From Patescibacteria group bacterium (GTDB lineage Bacteria; Patescibacteriota; Microgenomatia; UBA1400; PJMF01): 64,000 nucleotides of DNA. Below the pieces are notes generated by a model. That model was not told where the DNA came from, ran no database searches, and worked only from the letters and a program-made list of their open reading frames with translations. Where the stretch lies: positions 256,410 to 320,409 of the forward strand of contig JBMORP010000006.1 in NCBI GenBank assembly GCA_049322655.1, given 5' to 3'. Position numbers and translations under genes: made by a program. The number at the start of each line of letters is the position of its first letter. Within the stretch, counting starts at the first letter, position 1. Below are positions 36,921 to 46,624 of this stretch, one piece after another.

Positions 36921-38994
36921 GTGGCTGTTGTAACTGATTTTCTTCAATTACTGGCAAAGAACTTTGATTGGCCCCACGTAGTCTACTTTTAGATCGATAC
37001 AAATATATTGCCAACCCCACCAATATGACCAAACTAACAATTCCTCCTAAAGTATAAAGCATGTTTTTCTTCATGCCAAAAATTAGATCAACATCTTTAC
37101 CTTCAGCAATTAACTCTGTTGCTTCTTTTTCAATTTGTTCAACTGTTGGATGAACTGGATATGACTGTTCAACTTTAGTCAAAAACTCTAACGACTTACT
37201 AAATCTATTCTGCCAATAGTAAGCCAAAGCTGTCTCCCAATTTTGATAGGTTTCACTAGCATCATTTTGAAGCTGCTGAGATTCATCTATGGCCAAATTT
37301 CTTAAATCTTCAATGTCTCTTAAAAAATTAAAACTGCCAACTTCATCCAAAATGCCAAAAGTAGCAATACCAATCACTTCACCTCGGTCGTTAAAGGCTG
37401 GCCCGCCACTATTCCCATGACCAATACTAGCATCTGTCTGAATTAGTTTATTGCCCTGGTTATCTTTCTTAATTGAGCTCACAATCCCTCGAGTAATTGT
37501 TGCCTGAGTACTTGAAGAAGTATAATCAATCAAACCTGGACCACTGTCAGAGCCACTTACCACTCCAGGAAAACCAACAACTAAAACCGCATCTCCCTCT
37601 TTTAAATCATCGACTGACCCTAGTTTTAAACTAGGATAAGTGTAGTTTTTATCGGTACTTATTTTGAGTAATGCCACATCAGAGCCCATTGGTTTTTCCT
37701 GACCCATTACTACCGCTTTAGCAAACAAATTGGCATAGTCAGCTCCAACTAAACTAGCCGAAAAAATTGCTTCTTTGGGATTAACAAAACTATCAATATT
37801 ATCTAAGGTTAACTTTTTGACATTGAAGTCAAAAGGTTCTTTACCAAGGTTAACCAAATATTTCTCGGCAACTGGGACAACATCAATGGCTTTCGTTTCG
37901 AGTAAATCATAGATGGAGTTAACCAACACTTGCACTCCAGATGGATTTTCCAACATCTGTCTAGTGAAATTGACTCCTTCAGCCGGTGTAGTTTGCAAAC
38001 CTTTCGTTGCCAAGGCTTCCCTAACGAAATCAACCAAAAAACTAGCTATAGCTTGATCTCCTTGGTTCAAACCACCAATTAAATCTTCTTCTGGGTAAGT
38101 AGTTACCACATGACCATTGGTCGCCAACAAACCAGAACCATCAACTAAAAATCCTGAACCAAAATTACCATTACAAAATTGATAACTGGGCCGTAAATAC
38201 ACTGCAGGAATTTCTTTGGAAACCCTGATTTCTTTACAATATAAGTGAAGAATATTGGCCACCGAAGGCTTGACTAGTTCTGCAATTTCAGACTCAGCAA
38301 AAACAAACTCATCTGTGGTAACGCCCTTAACCAAACCCCCATTCTCCTCAATAAAAGCCACTGCATTAAAAAACTCTGTTAATTTACTATCCACTACTGT
38401 TGATGGAGTTAATCTAACCTCTGCTTCTAAATAATGATCTTTCCCTGGAATGACAAATTCATAATAAACCGCTTTTTCACCCATAATTTCTTCAGTAAAC
38501 TGATATCTAATCACTGTTCTTTCACCCAAATCAACTAAATCCATTGCTAAATAGTCGTCACCTTTTTCAATTGCCAATTTTTCTGAAAAAGCAGTTGCTA
38601 GCTGATCAATTGTTAACTGTTTTTCTTCCTCAGTTAATTCATAAATATCCAAATAAACAGACGCAAAACCGAATTCATTCCGGAAAATAAATAAACTCGG
38701 ATCATTGCCTGGCAAATCTTGGTCTGTTGCTTGTTGCCACCCAGTATTGCCAGAAAGAGCTAACCTATAGTTATTTTGAGAAGAAATAAATACTTCAGAT
38801 AAATCTTGGCTATCACATTCACCATTTAAACAATTGCTACCAACATCATTATTCCCCAACCAGGCTTGTTGCCTAAGATCTTGATTATCATTCAAAAAAA
38901 TTAAAGCCGATAATCCGGCAGTCAAAACAAACAAAATTAACAATAAACTCAACAAAAAAGAGTTTCTCTTTTTTCTATAAATGAGATTAGACAT
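36913..38994 (-). CDS. membrane-anchored trypsin-like (S1C) serine protease without PDZ domain
   Basis: GSGF, TNGHVV, SDVALLK, QTDASIGHGNSGGP; TM helices at both ends. Confidence 0.9.
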   Translation of the reverse strand: MSNLIYRKKRNSFLLSLLLILFVLTAGLSALIFLNDNQDLRQQAWLGNNDVGSNCLNGECDSQDLSEVFISSQNNYRLALSGNTGWQQATDQDLPGNDPSLFIFRNEFGFASVYLDIYELTEEEKQLTIDQLATAFSEKLAIEKGDDYLAMDLVDLGERTVIRYQFTEEIMGEKAVYYEFVIPGKDHYLEAEVRLTPSTVVDSKLTEFFNAVAFIEENGGLVKGVTTDEFVFAESEIAELVKPSVANILHLYCKEIRVSKEIPAVYLRPSYQFCNGNFGSGFLVDGSGLLATNGHVVTTYPEEDLIGGLNQGDQAIASFLVDFVREALATKGLQTTPAEGVNFTRQMLENPSGVQVLVNSIYDLLETKAIDVVPVAEKYLVNLGKEPFDFNVKKLTLDNIDSFVNPKEAIFSASLVGADYANLFAKAVVMGQEKPMGSDVALLKISTDKNYTYPSLKLGSVDDLKEGDAVLVVGFPGVVSGSDSGPGLIDYTSSSTQATITRGIVSSIKKDNQGNKLIQTDASIGHGNSGGPAFNDRGEVIGIATFGILDEVGSFNFLRDIEDLRNLAIDESQQLQNDASETYQNWETALAYYWQNRFSKSLEFLTKVEQSYPVHPTVEQIEKEATELIAEGKDVDLIFGMKKNMLYTLGGIVSLVILVGLAIYLYRSKSRLRGANQSSLPVIEENQLQQPLN

Positions 38995-39047
38995 ATCATC
39001 TAGTATGATGAGCTTCTCAACAAATTACAAGCGAAAAAATTAAAAAT

Positions 39048-39620
39048 TTAAAAAAGTGGTTTAGCTATTATTACTAGTCTTTTGCTATCCAAAAAACCAG
39101 TACAAGTATAAATAATCAAAGTTTCTTTATTGCTTTCAAGCAGCCCCACTTCATCTGGATCTACTACTTTTTTGGCTGTAACTAAATAATAAAATTTTTG
39201 ACCGCTGGCTGTTTTGACTATGATATCTTGACCAACTACTAATTGAGTTAGTTGACCAAAAACAGCTGGAGTGTTATGACCATAAATTATAACTGGCCCA
39301 ACATCTCCAGGCCTAGCAGACTCATAAACATAGTTAGCAGCAGCATCAACCAATAACCATTCTCCATTTTTGACATGAGTAGTTACAACATCTCTATTAA
39401 TATTTAAACTTGGAAAACTAACCTCTGTAACAAAAGAATCTTCATTCTGTAAAACCTTAACCCTGGTATAACTTTGCCAAAAAAACTTGCGAACAAAGTA
39501 AAAACTACCCCACAGAATTAAGATCCAAGCTACAAAAACAGCAAATGAAAAATTCATTTGCTGTTTACTAGTTCGATTAGATTGAGAAAACTTGTTAGTT
39601 TTTCTTTTTGCTTTTGGCAT
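39048..39620 (-). CDS. sortase
   Basis: N-terminal TM; IYGHN, IYTC and KRLVII give the His-Cys-Arg triad. Confidence 0.9.
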   Translation of the reverse strand: MPKAKRKTNKFSQSNRTSKQQMNFSFAVFVAWILILWGSFYFVRKFFWQSYTRVKVLQNEDSFVTEVSFPSLNINRDVVTTHVKNGEWLLVDAAANYVYESARPGDVGPVIIYGHNTPAVFGQLTQLVVGQDIIVKTASGQKFYYLVTAKKVVDPDEVGLLESNKETLIIYTCTGFLDSKRLVIIAKPLF

Positions 39621-40611
39621 GACTCAACAATACTATACCATAAGCAATCGAGCTTAAAGCCATTAAGTCTTCGCTAATCCCAGTGTTAGCCATAGTGGAG
39701 ACACCCAGGACTTGACCATTAGTCGTGGCAGTGGAAACACCCAAAACTAGACCACCAACACCTGGAGTTGGTTCTTCACCAGCTGCACAGTTTTCTGGCA
39801 TGTTAACTTTCATACTTTGAGATGGATAACCATTATCTGGAGTAGCCTTGAGATCATAATTGCCTTGTTGAGGGAAAGTAACACTAGCTCGACCATCAAC
39901 ATTAGTCATAACTTGTTTAGCAAGACCATTATAGGTAAAGTTTACTGAGATATTGGCCTGAGCAACACCATTATCTTTTAGATCAAAGGTTGCCAAAAAG
40001 TCACCCTCATTACAACTAATGTCATAACCTAGTACTGAGGTTTTACCTGCTTGTGGCTCTTCGGTTGGGGTAGGAGTTGGATCCTGGTTTGGAATTTCAG
40101 TTGGAGTTGGGGTGGGTATTTCAGTAGGTGTTGGAGTGGGAGTAGGTTCAGTGGTTGGAGTAGGAGTAGGATCAACTTCACCTGGAATTTGACAGTCATT
40201 TGCCAAAATATCCAAACCTTCAGTCGTTAGATTTTTACCTTGATAAGTAAAATTACCTTTGTCAGCATATTTTTTATCATTGCCTTGACCAGTAGAACAA
40301 TCTTTCTTGTTATCGTCACTGGTATATAAAGATTGATCTAAAGGACAACCATAATAATCAAATGAAGGAATAATATCTCCCCAAGAATGATCAGCAATAC
40401 CTTCATACCATACGTCACCATTATGATAGTGATGGCCATTAGGAAGATTAATTATAGAATCAGCATCAACAGAATTTTGAGTATAGGGATTACTATGAGA
40501 ATCAGTAGCATGACAAAGAGTTATATTTTCATCTGCTGAAACCTGTAAATTGGGTAAAATTATCCAAAACAAACCTAACACTAGAAAAATAATTGAAATA
40601 CTTTTTTTCAT
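39595..40611 (-). CDS. secreted Pro/Thr-linker surface protein, probable sortase substrate
   Basis: Signal peptide, LCHAT..NPY domain, PT repeats, C-terminal MANTG plus hydrophobic segment plus KSKKKN. Confidence 0.75.
   Translation of the reverse strand: MKKSISIIFLVLGLFWIILPNLQVSADENITLCHATDSHSNPYTQNSVDADSIINLPNGHHYHNGDVWYEGIADHSWGDIIPSFDYYGCPLDQSLYTSDDNKKDCSTGQGNDKKYADKGNFTYQGKNLTTEGLDILANDCQIPGEVDPTPTPTTEPTPTPTPTEIPTPTPTEIPNQDPTPTPTEEPQAGKTSVLGYDISCNEGDFLATFDLKDNGVAQANISVNFTYNGLAKQVMTNVDGRASVTFPQQGNYDLKATPDNGYPSQSMKVNMPENCAAGEEPTPGVGGLVLGVSTATTNGQVLGVSTMANTGISEDLMALSSIAYGIVLLSHAKSKKKN
40063..40170 (-). repeat. coding low-complexity (PT)n/PTE repeat
   Basis: Repeated gtaggagttgg/gttggagt units encoding PTPTPTTEPTPTPTPTEIPTPTPTEIP. 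Confidence 0.8.
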
Positions 40612-40722
40612 AAAAACCTGCCTTTTTTTATGATTAATTTAATTTCACAAAAAAATTATAATAATTGACGTTATTATAACATAATATATCAAAATATAGT
40701 AAAAATATATGAGATAACTTAA

Positions 40723-41430
40723 CTAGATATTTTTTTGCACCAACAACACTTGGCCATCAGCTAGAGTTACTTCCACAATCTCTTCTAACAAAGCACCAGT
40801 CATTGGATCTTTCTTGAGAAAGACAGTGTATTGTTCTCTAATAGCCTCTTCATCTGCTTTTTCTCCCAAAACTTTACCAGAAAAATTAAATTGCTCAGCA
40901 AACTGTCTTTGCCATCTATCAACCATTAAAGATTCATAGGCCATAATACCCATAGAAGAGATATCAGCGTCTTGCACTTCTGTACCGCCACTGAAACTAG
41001 CTGCTATTCTACGAGCAATCAATGAGCCCCTGGCTTGAGACTCGCCCCTTCTTACTGGTTGCTTGTTCTGAGAGTTTTCTCCAGTTCGAAGACTATAAAA
41101 TAATTTACCAGTAGCAAAAGCTCCATAACTAGTACCCTCATCATCGGGCCCTCGATTTTCTTTATCTGGTCGGCGCTCAATTTTCCCAATCACATCAAGT
41201 AGCACCATTGAGATAAGTGGGACTGTTTCACTATCACTAATCAACTCTTTAATTAATTCAAATAGGGATAAATCGGTAAACTCTTCATCACTAATTTCTG
41301 AAAGTTGTCTGACTAAGTCCAAAGTAATCACCTCAGCAACACCTGTAGTTTCAAGTTCTTTAGCTCTTTCTCTCATGGCAGCAAGTACAACTTTGGCATC
41401 AGCTATGGCTTGGGCTAACTTTTCAGACAT
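40723..41430 (-). CDS. hypothetical protein
   Basis: 235-aa ORF with no recognised motif. Confidence 0.7.
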   Translation of the reverse strand: MSEKLAQAIADAKVVLAAMRERAKELETTGVAEVITLDLVRQLSEISDEEFTDLSLFELIKELISDSETVPLISMVLLDVIGKIERRPDKENRGPDDEGTSYGAFATGKLFYSLRTGENSQNKQPVRRGESQARGSLIARRIAASFSGGTEVQDADISSMGIMAYESLMVDRWQRQFAEQFNFSGKVLGEKADEEAIREQYTVFLKKDPMTGALLEEIVEVTLADGQVLLVQKNI

Positions 41431-41524
41431 AAATTTAACATCCTAGTAATTACTATGACTATAATAAGTACATCAAATTATATCATTAAATTTAAGGAAA
41501 AATAAAAAGATTGCAAAAAAGTTG

Positions 41525-42139
41525 CTAAGTTTTTTCGGCCAAAATAAATAAATGTTTTTCCTGGCCACTTTGATCTATTTCACTCAATAAAATCTCAAAA
41601 CCAGCATTTTTAACCATTTCTAGATTGGTTCTAGCATCATAATGGCTAGACCAAACTTTTTGACCATATAAATCATGTTCAGCCTCAAAGTTATCCTCGC
41701 CCATGGAAATTAATAATTTGCCACCAACTGGTAAAAATGAGGCAATTTTTTCCAAAAAATCTAAATGCATTTTTCTGGGTAAGTGAAAAATCGTATAAAG
41801 AGAAACTACGGCATCTACCTGATATTCATTTTCTTTTAACTCCATTATGTCCTTAACAAAAAAAGCACCCCCCTTACAACGTTGTTTAGCCATATTAATT
41901 TGTGTCTCGGAAATATCAAGACCAGTCACCAAATGGCCTTTTTTTATCAAGTAATCATCGACCGGCACTCCAGCGCCACAGCCCAAATCCAAAATACTAG
42001 CCTGTCTAGGTAGAATCTCCTCAAATCTCGTCACATAGCGATGGCTCCGCAATCTACTTCTGTCTTGTAAATATGCTCCAGCCATTTGGTTGTAAGCTTG
42101 TTTATTCAATAACAATTTCTCGGTCATGTTGCACATCAC
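41525..42139 (-). CDS. class I SAM-dependent methyltransferase
   Basis: ILDLGCGAG, GLDISETQ, YTIFHLP, LPVGG. Confidence 0.9.
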   Translation of the reverse strand: MMCNMTEKLLLNKQAYNQMAGAYLQDRSRLRSHRYVTRFEEILPRQASILDLGCGAGVPVDDYLIKKGHLVTGLDISETQINMAKQRCKGGAFFVKDIMELKENEYQVDAVVSLYTIFHLPRKMHLDFLEKIASFLPVGGKLLISMGEDNFEAEHDLYGQKVWSSHYDARTNLEMVKNAGFEILLSEIDQSGQEKHLFILAEKT

Positions 42140-42992
42140 TAATTAATTCTTTTAATGAATCAACTAAAGGATGGTTTTTCACTTCTCTTTGATCAAAAAT
42201 AGTCACTGTTTGGTTAGCAAATCTTTGCATTTCATTATGACCGCCACCAATAATATTCCTGGCAATCTGCACATTCCATTTAACCAATCCTCCAAGCAAC
42301 ATTTCCTGTTCAGCAGCTACGTTGCCTCTCTCAGTTAAAAATGCTTCTAGCTTATTAACTGGTAAAGAGACTTGAAAAGCTAAAGCGTGACTATTTCTTA
42401 ACTTGCTTCTCTTATTCTCATCAATGACTGCTTCATCACCATGAAAATCAACATAGATGCTGATCGGATCATGATTAGGCATAGAGTGATAAATTCTTTG
42501 CTTACCCAAGATTTCTTCGCCCAATTCCTTTAATAATAAATCCTCAACATTCTCTCCATCGAGATGTGCTCCAATGACAGCATGTGAAGCGGCGCAAGCC
42601 CCACAATGTTCATGAACTTGTTTTGCTTCATTACCCAAATTATCTTCTAATCTTTCATCAATACAATGCAAAGAATAACCATCTTGTTTGAGAAAACGAT
42701 AAAAATCACCCATTAAACTCAATTCTCTTAAAGAAAAGTTCACCCCGGCGATATTAATCCTACCGCCTGTTTCACTGGCTACTTTTTCAATTGCTGCCCA
42801 AATTTGTGAATCTTCACTAGCAAAAGTCAAAGGTAAACCCCCACCAGCTACAAAAACTATTTGTCCAGGAATATCAGTTAACCACTCTTGTGGCTGAGCC
42901 TGAACTTGCTCCCATAACTGATAAACAGTCTTAACTTCGTTGGGCAAGGTTTGTTCTTTTAACATTGGTTTTCCTTCTGATTTAGCTGCCAT
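42102..42992 (-). CDS. hypothetical protein with a beta/zeta-carbonic-anhydrase-like Zn motif
   Basis: LHCIDER and HEHCGA. Start moved to ATG 42992 (SD-like AGAAAGGG). Confidence 0.55.
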   Translation of the reverse strand: MAAKSEGKPMLKEQTLPNEVKTVYQLWEQVQAQPQEWLTDIPGQIVFVAGGGLPLTFASEDSQIWAAIEKVASETGGRINIAGVNFSLRELSLMGDFYRFLKQDGYSLHCIDERLEDNLGNEAKQVHEHCGACAASHAVIGAHLDGENVEDLLLKELGEEILGKQRIYHSMPNHDPISIYVDFHGDEAVIDENKRSKLRNSHALAFQVSLPVNKLEAFLTERGNVAAEQEMLLGGLVKWNVQIARNIIGGGHNEMQRFANQTVTIFDQREVKNHPLVDSLKELISDVQHDREIVIE

Positions 42993-43081
42993 TGGTCCCT
43001 TTCTAACTGAAAAACCCAGTTTATATTTTTCAAAAATAAAAAGCAATTATAACTCCAAAATATATTTTTCAACTGCCAACT

Positions 43082-43108
43082 AAAAGGCACCTCCTTTGGG
43101 GGTGCCTT
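43082..43108 (-). terminator. intrinsic terminator
   Basis: AAGGCACC-CCCAAAGGA-GGTGCCTT-TT on the minus strand, after the 43137-43589 gene. Confidence 0.75.
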
Positions 43109-43136
43109 AACTATTTAATGATAGCTGCAAAAAAAT

Positions 43137-43589
43137 TTAGCGGCCCATTCTACCCATACCTCTACTTTCACCTCGACCAAAACCCATTTCAGCTAAAAAA
43201 CTCATGTCGATACCATTTGCTTCAGACCAAGCTTGGAGCTCTTGTCGGTGAGTCTCTCTTTGTTGTTTGGCTTGATCAAATTGAGCTCTTAGCTCTTCAT
43301 GTTTGGTCAATAACAACTGCTTTTGTTCTTCGGTAATTTCACCATTTTGCACAGCTTCAGTTAGCCTGTTTGCAAAAGATGTTTCAGCTTGTTGACGGTG
43401 CTCTTCTCTAAGTGAGTTGAAAGCTGTTTGCACCTCTGCCTCACTTTTACCCAGCTTTTTGGCTAAATATGCTACCATGTTTTGTTGACTGCCATTACCA
43501 AAAGCAAAAGCTTGAACTTGGGTAGTAGTGTAAACTAAGCCACCAGCCACCGCTAATGCTCCTAAAGATAAAGCTAGTTTATTTTTCAT
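43137..43589 (-). CDS. secreted helical protein (Spy/CpxP- or DUF2680-like)
   Basis: Signal peptide ending VQA, AVQNGEITEEQ, Gly/Met/Arg tail; SD AAAGGAGA; lies downstream of the two-component system. Confidence 0.75.
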   Translation of the reverse strand: MKNKLALSLGALAVAGGLVYTTTQVQAFAFGNGSQQNMVAYLAKKLGKSEAEVQTAFNSLREEHRQQAETSFANRLTEAVQNGEITEEQKQLLLTKHEELRAQFDQAKQQRETHRQELQAWSEANGIDMSFLAEMGFGRGESRGMGRMGR

Positions 43590-43645
43590 AAAAATCTCCT
43601 TTCAGTGAGATGATTAATACTAACCATGAACTATATAAAAGAAAC

Positions 43646-43663
43646 TTGAGAAAACTTTGAGAA
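43646..43663 (-). promoter_or_regulatory. putative OmpR-family tandem binding site
   Basis: TTCTCAA-N4-TTCTCAA (11-bp period), 10 nt upstream of a TATAGT -10. Confidence 0.6.
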
Positions 43664-43668
43664 TAGTT

Positions 43669-44685
43669 TTAAAAAATAAGGGTAAAAACTGAACCCCTAC
43701 CTAGTTCACTTGTAACCTTAATTTTTGCTCCATGTTGATCAATAATTTTTTTAGCTAGAGCCAAACCAAGACCATAACCATGACGTTCTCCTTTGGTTCT
43801 AGCTTCATCAACCCGATAAAAACGAGCAAAAATTTGTGCTAAATGTTTTTTATCAATGCCAATACCTTGATCAATTATTTGCAAAATTAAATTATTTTTT
43901 TGAGTTTTAACTTTAATTTTGATTTCTGATTTTTTATTACTATATTTAATGGCATTATCAACTAAAACCATGACGGCCTCTACCAAAGCATTTTCATTAC
44001 CTAAAACTGTCTGATTATTTAAACCACTAACTTTGATTTTAATTTTCTTTTGCTCTGACAAAGGTTTTAAATGTTGAAGAACTCTATTAATAATTTTTTC
44101 TAACTCAATCACAGTAAAACTAAAAACAAAATCTTCACTATCCAATCTAGCCAAAGAGAGTAAATTTTCGGTTAAAGCCGTTAGGCTATTAACATCTGCC
44201 AAATTTGATTTTAATAATTTCTTTGCAACACTATTTATTTTTTTATCCATTAATCCAACCTCCAAAGATGTCTTTAAAGCCGTTAAAGGTGTTCTGAGCT
44301 CATGAGCTGCATCCCCGATAAACTGTTTTTGCTGCTCCAAAGAAACTTGAATTGGTTTCAAAGTTTTTCCAGCCAAAAAATAACTCACTGCCCCACCAAT
44401 AACAAATACCATTGCATTAATAAACAATAGTTGTCTAACCAAAAAACTTCTAATTAATTCTAAGTCTTCTGTTAATAATTCCAATCTTTGAGGCAGGTTG
44501 CGTCTTTGCTGAGAAAATGGTGAAATCCTTTGATCGTTCAACCTGATCTCTATTTGTTTATACTGAACCTCAATCATGGCAACTGTTTTTTGATAATAAA
44601 TAGTACTCAAGAATAAACTTACTACCATCAAAGTTAGGGTGTACCAAAAAGTTAATCTCAATTTAGCTGTTAAAAGCTGATTCAT
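43669..44685 (-). CDS. two-component sensor histidine kinase
   Basis: Two TM helices, AAHELRTP, DNAIKY, DQGIG, FYRV, GLGLA. Confidence 0.95.
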   Translation of the reverse strand: MNQLLTAKLRLTFWYTLTLMVVSLFLSTIYYQKTVAMIEVQYKQIEIRLNDQRISPFSQQRRNLPQRLELLTEDLELIRSFLVRQLLFINAMVFVIGGAVSYFLAGKTLKPIQVSLEQQKQFIGDAAHELRTPLTALKTSLEVGLMDKKINSVAKKLLKSNLADVNSLTALTENLLSLARLDSEDFVFSFTVIELEKIINRVLQHLKPLSEQKKIKIKVSGLNNQTVLGNENALVEAVMVLVDNAIKYSNKKSEIKIKVKTQKNNLILQIIDQGIGIDKKHLAQIFARFYRVDEARTKGERHGYGLGLALAKKIIDQHGAKIKVTSELGRGSVFTLIF

Positions 44686-45365
44686 GATTGCTTTTCTCCT
44701 AATCTGTAACCAAAACCTCTAACTGTTTGAATTAGTTGTTTCTCTGTGGGAAAAGCTCTATCAATTTTATTTCTTAGATAACCTAAATAAACCTGAGCTG
44801 TATTAGGTAAAACATCACTTGCAAACTCCCAAACTCTTTCAGTTAATTGCTCTTTAGTAAAAACCGAGCCTTCGTTCTTCATTAAAAACTCCAATAAAGC
44901 AAATTCTTTTTTGGATAAATTAATGATTTCTCCGGCTCTAACTACTTCATAGTTTTTCGTGTCCAAAACCAAATTATCTACAGACAACTTAGTCGAAACC
45001 AACCGACTTGGCCTTCTAGCTAAAGCTTTCACTCTAGCCAAGAGCTCCACAAAAGCAAAGGGTTTACCCAAATAGTCATCAGCTCCAGCATCTAAACCGT
45101 CAACTCTATCACTAAGTTCTATTTTGGCGGTAAGTAACAAAACCGGAGTATGATTACCTTCACGTCTTAATCTCTGACAAACCTGTATGCCATCTAAATC
45201 AGGCAACATTCTATCCAAAATAATCACATCATATGTTTCATTCAAAGCAAAATCCAAACCAGCTAAACCGTCATGAGCAACATCAACAATATTGGCTTTC
45301 AATTCCAAGCCCTTTTTTATAGAAGCTGCAATTTTTTGTTCATCTTCAATTACTAGAATTTTCAT
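44682..45365 (-). CDS. OmpR/PhoB-family response regulator
   Basis: ILVIEDE, ILDRMLP, GADDYLGKPF, wHTH IQTVRGFGY. Confidence 0.96.
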   Translation of the reverse strand: MKILVIEDEQKIAASIKKGLELKANIVDVAHDGLAGLDFALNETYDVIILDRMLPDLDGIQVCQRLRREGNHTPVLLLTAKIELSDRVDGLDAGADDYLGKPFAFVELLARVKALARRPSRLVSTKLSVDNLVLDTKNYEVVRAGEIINLSKKEFALLEFLMKNEGSVFTKEQLTERVWEFASDVLPNTAQVYLGYLRNKIDRAFPTEKQLIQTVRGFGYRLGEKQS

Positions 45366-45389
45366 TGACAGTTAATTATAAACTTTTTC

Positions 45390-45407
45390 TTGAGAAATTA
45401 TTGAGAG
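45390..45407 (-). promoter_or_regulatory. putative autoregulatory OmpR-family tandem binding site
   Basis: CTCTCAA-N4-TTCTCAA, 9 nt upstream of TATAAT (45380-45375). Confidence 0.6.
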
Positions 45408-45421
45408 TTAACTAAATATAA

Positions 45422-46483
45422 TTACGATAAAACAAAATTATTTTTTTCTCTTAACTCTGGAAAAATTAAAAACAAAAACTCTTTAGCAGCATGTCTATTT
45501 TTACCCTGATAAGGATAATCATGAATATCAAATCCTGGTGAGTCATTGATTTCAATAATCACATAACTATCTCTAGTTTGTGGCTTAGTAATATCCTTAG
45601 TCATAAAATCTATCCCGGTAAAAGAAAGACCAGGAATAGTGCTAATCGTTTTTAAAGCAATCTCTTTTACAGACTGGTGAACTTTATCTGTGTAGTCAAT
45701 AGCATCACCCCCCTGAGAAACATTAGAAACCATTCTCAAAAAAATCTGTTCGCCTTTTTGTGGAACAAATTTAAAGGATAGTTTTTGTGCTAGCAAAAAC
45801 TCCTGTAATTTTTTATCCATTCTAATCTTAAAATGAGATTTATTGCTTCCTTTATTACCTCGATTTAAGTTTTTAAGATTAATTAATTTTTCTATAGTAT
45901 TGATACCGTCACCAATAATATTTGCTGGGACTCTTTTCAAAACTCCAATAACTTTTTCTCTACTAACCAAAATTCTAAATTCATCACCTTTGAACATTTC
46001 TTCAACCATCACTGTTGTGTTTTCACTTCCAGAATAGTTAAAAGCCAACTTAATTGCCGTTAAATATTGCTGGTAAGAATTAATACTAGTCGTAACGTTT
46101 TCCCCCCAAGTTCCACTATTGGGTTTTACAACAATTGGCTTTTTTAAACTAACAAATATTTCCTTCAAATATGAAGCATCATATGTTCGTCTAATTCTAA
46201 AACCATTGGGAACACTGATTCCATTTCTTTTTAGCAAACGGCTAGTAATTTGTTTGTTATTACAAACATATTTAGCTAAGGCAGTAGTAGAACAAGGAAT
46301 TTGATGATAATAAAATCTTTCCTTTTTGTTATAAGTTAATTTAACAATTTGAGTTCCGGGAATAATTTCCCAATCTATGCCAAATTTTTCTGCTTCTTTT
46401 ATTGCCAATCTAGAGCTATTACTAATATTTTTATTTTTCTGTAAACCACAAGGAGCATAATCCTGATAAATCAATTTTGTCAC
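45422..46483 (-). CDS. stand-alone ATP-grasp ligase (cyanophycin synthetase N-domain / GshF C-domain-like)
   Basis: NK..T..LL..GISVP, VVKP..TWG..V, RVPANIIGDG, NVSQGG, GIDF, IEINDSPG. Confidence 0.82.
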   Translation of the reverse strand: MTKLIYQDYAPCGLQKNKNISNSSRLAIKEAEKFGIDWEIIPGTQIVKLTYNKKERFYYHQIPCSTTALAKYVCNNKQITSRLLKRNGISVPNGFRIRRTYDASYLKEIFVSLKKPIVVKPNSGTWGENVTTSINSYQQYLTAIKLAFNYSGSENTTVMVEEMFKGDEFRILVSREKVIGVLKRVPANIIGDGINTIEKLINLKNLNRGNKGSNKSHFKIRMDKKLQEFLLAQKLSFKFVPQKGEQIFLRMVSNVSQGGDAIDYTDKVHQSVKEIALKTISTIPGLSFTGIDFMTKDITKPQTRDSYVIIEINDSPGFDIHDYPYQGKNRHAAKEFLFLIFPELREKNNFVLS

Positions 46484-46624
46484 ACAATCTTTCCAATTGA
46501 ATAAAAATTACAAACAAGAAACCAACTTCATTCAATCACCAACTAATAAAAACTAAGCAAAGTAACAAGAAACCAAAGCTTCAGAAATCATTATACCAGA
46601 CTAATTGAGTTAATATTTATGAGA

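Noticed and set aside
40063-40170. Short tandem repeats that might suggest a CRISPR array or VNTR
   Set aside because: They encode a Pro/Thr linker; there are no unique spacers or cas genes.
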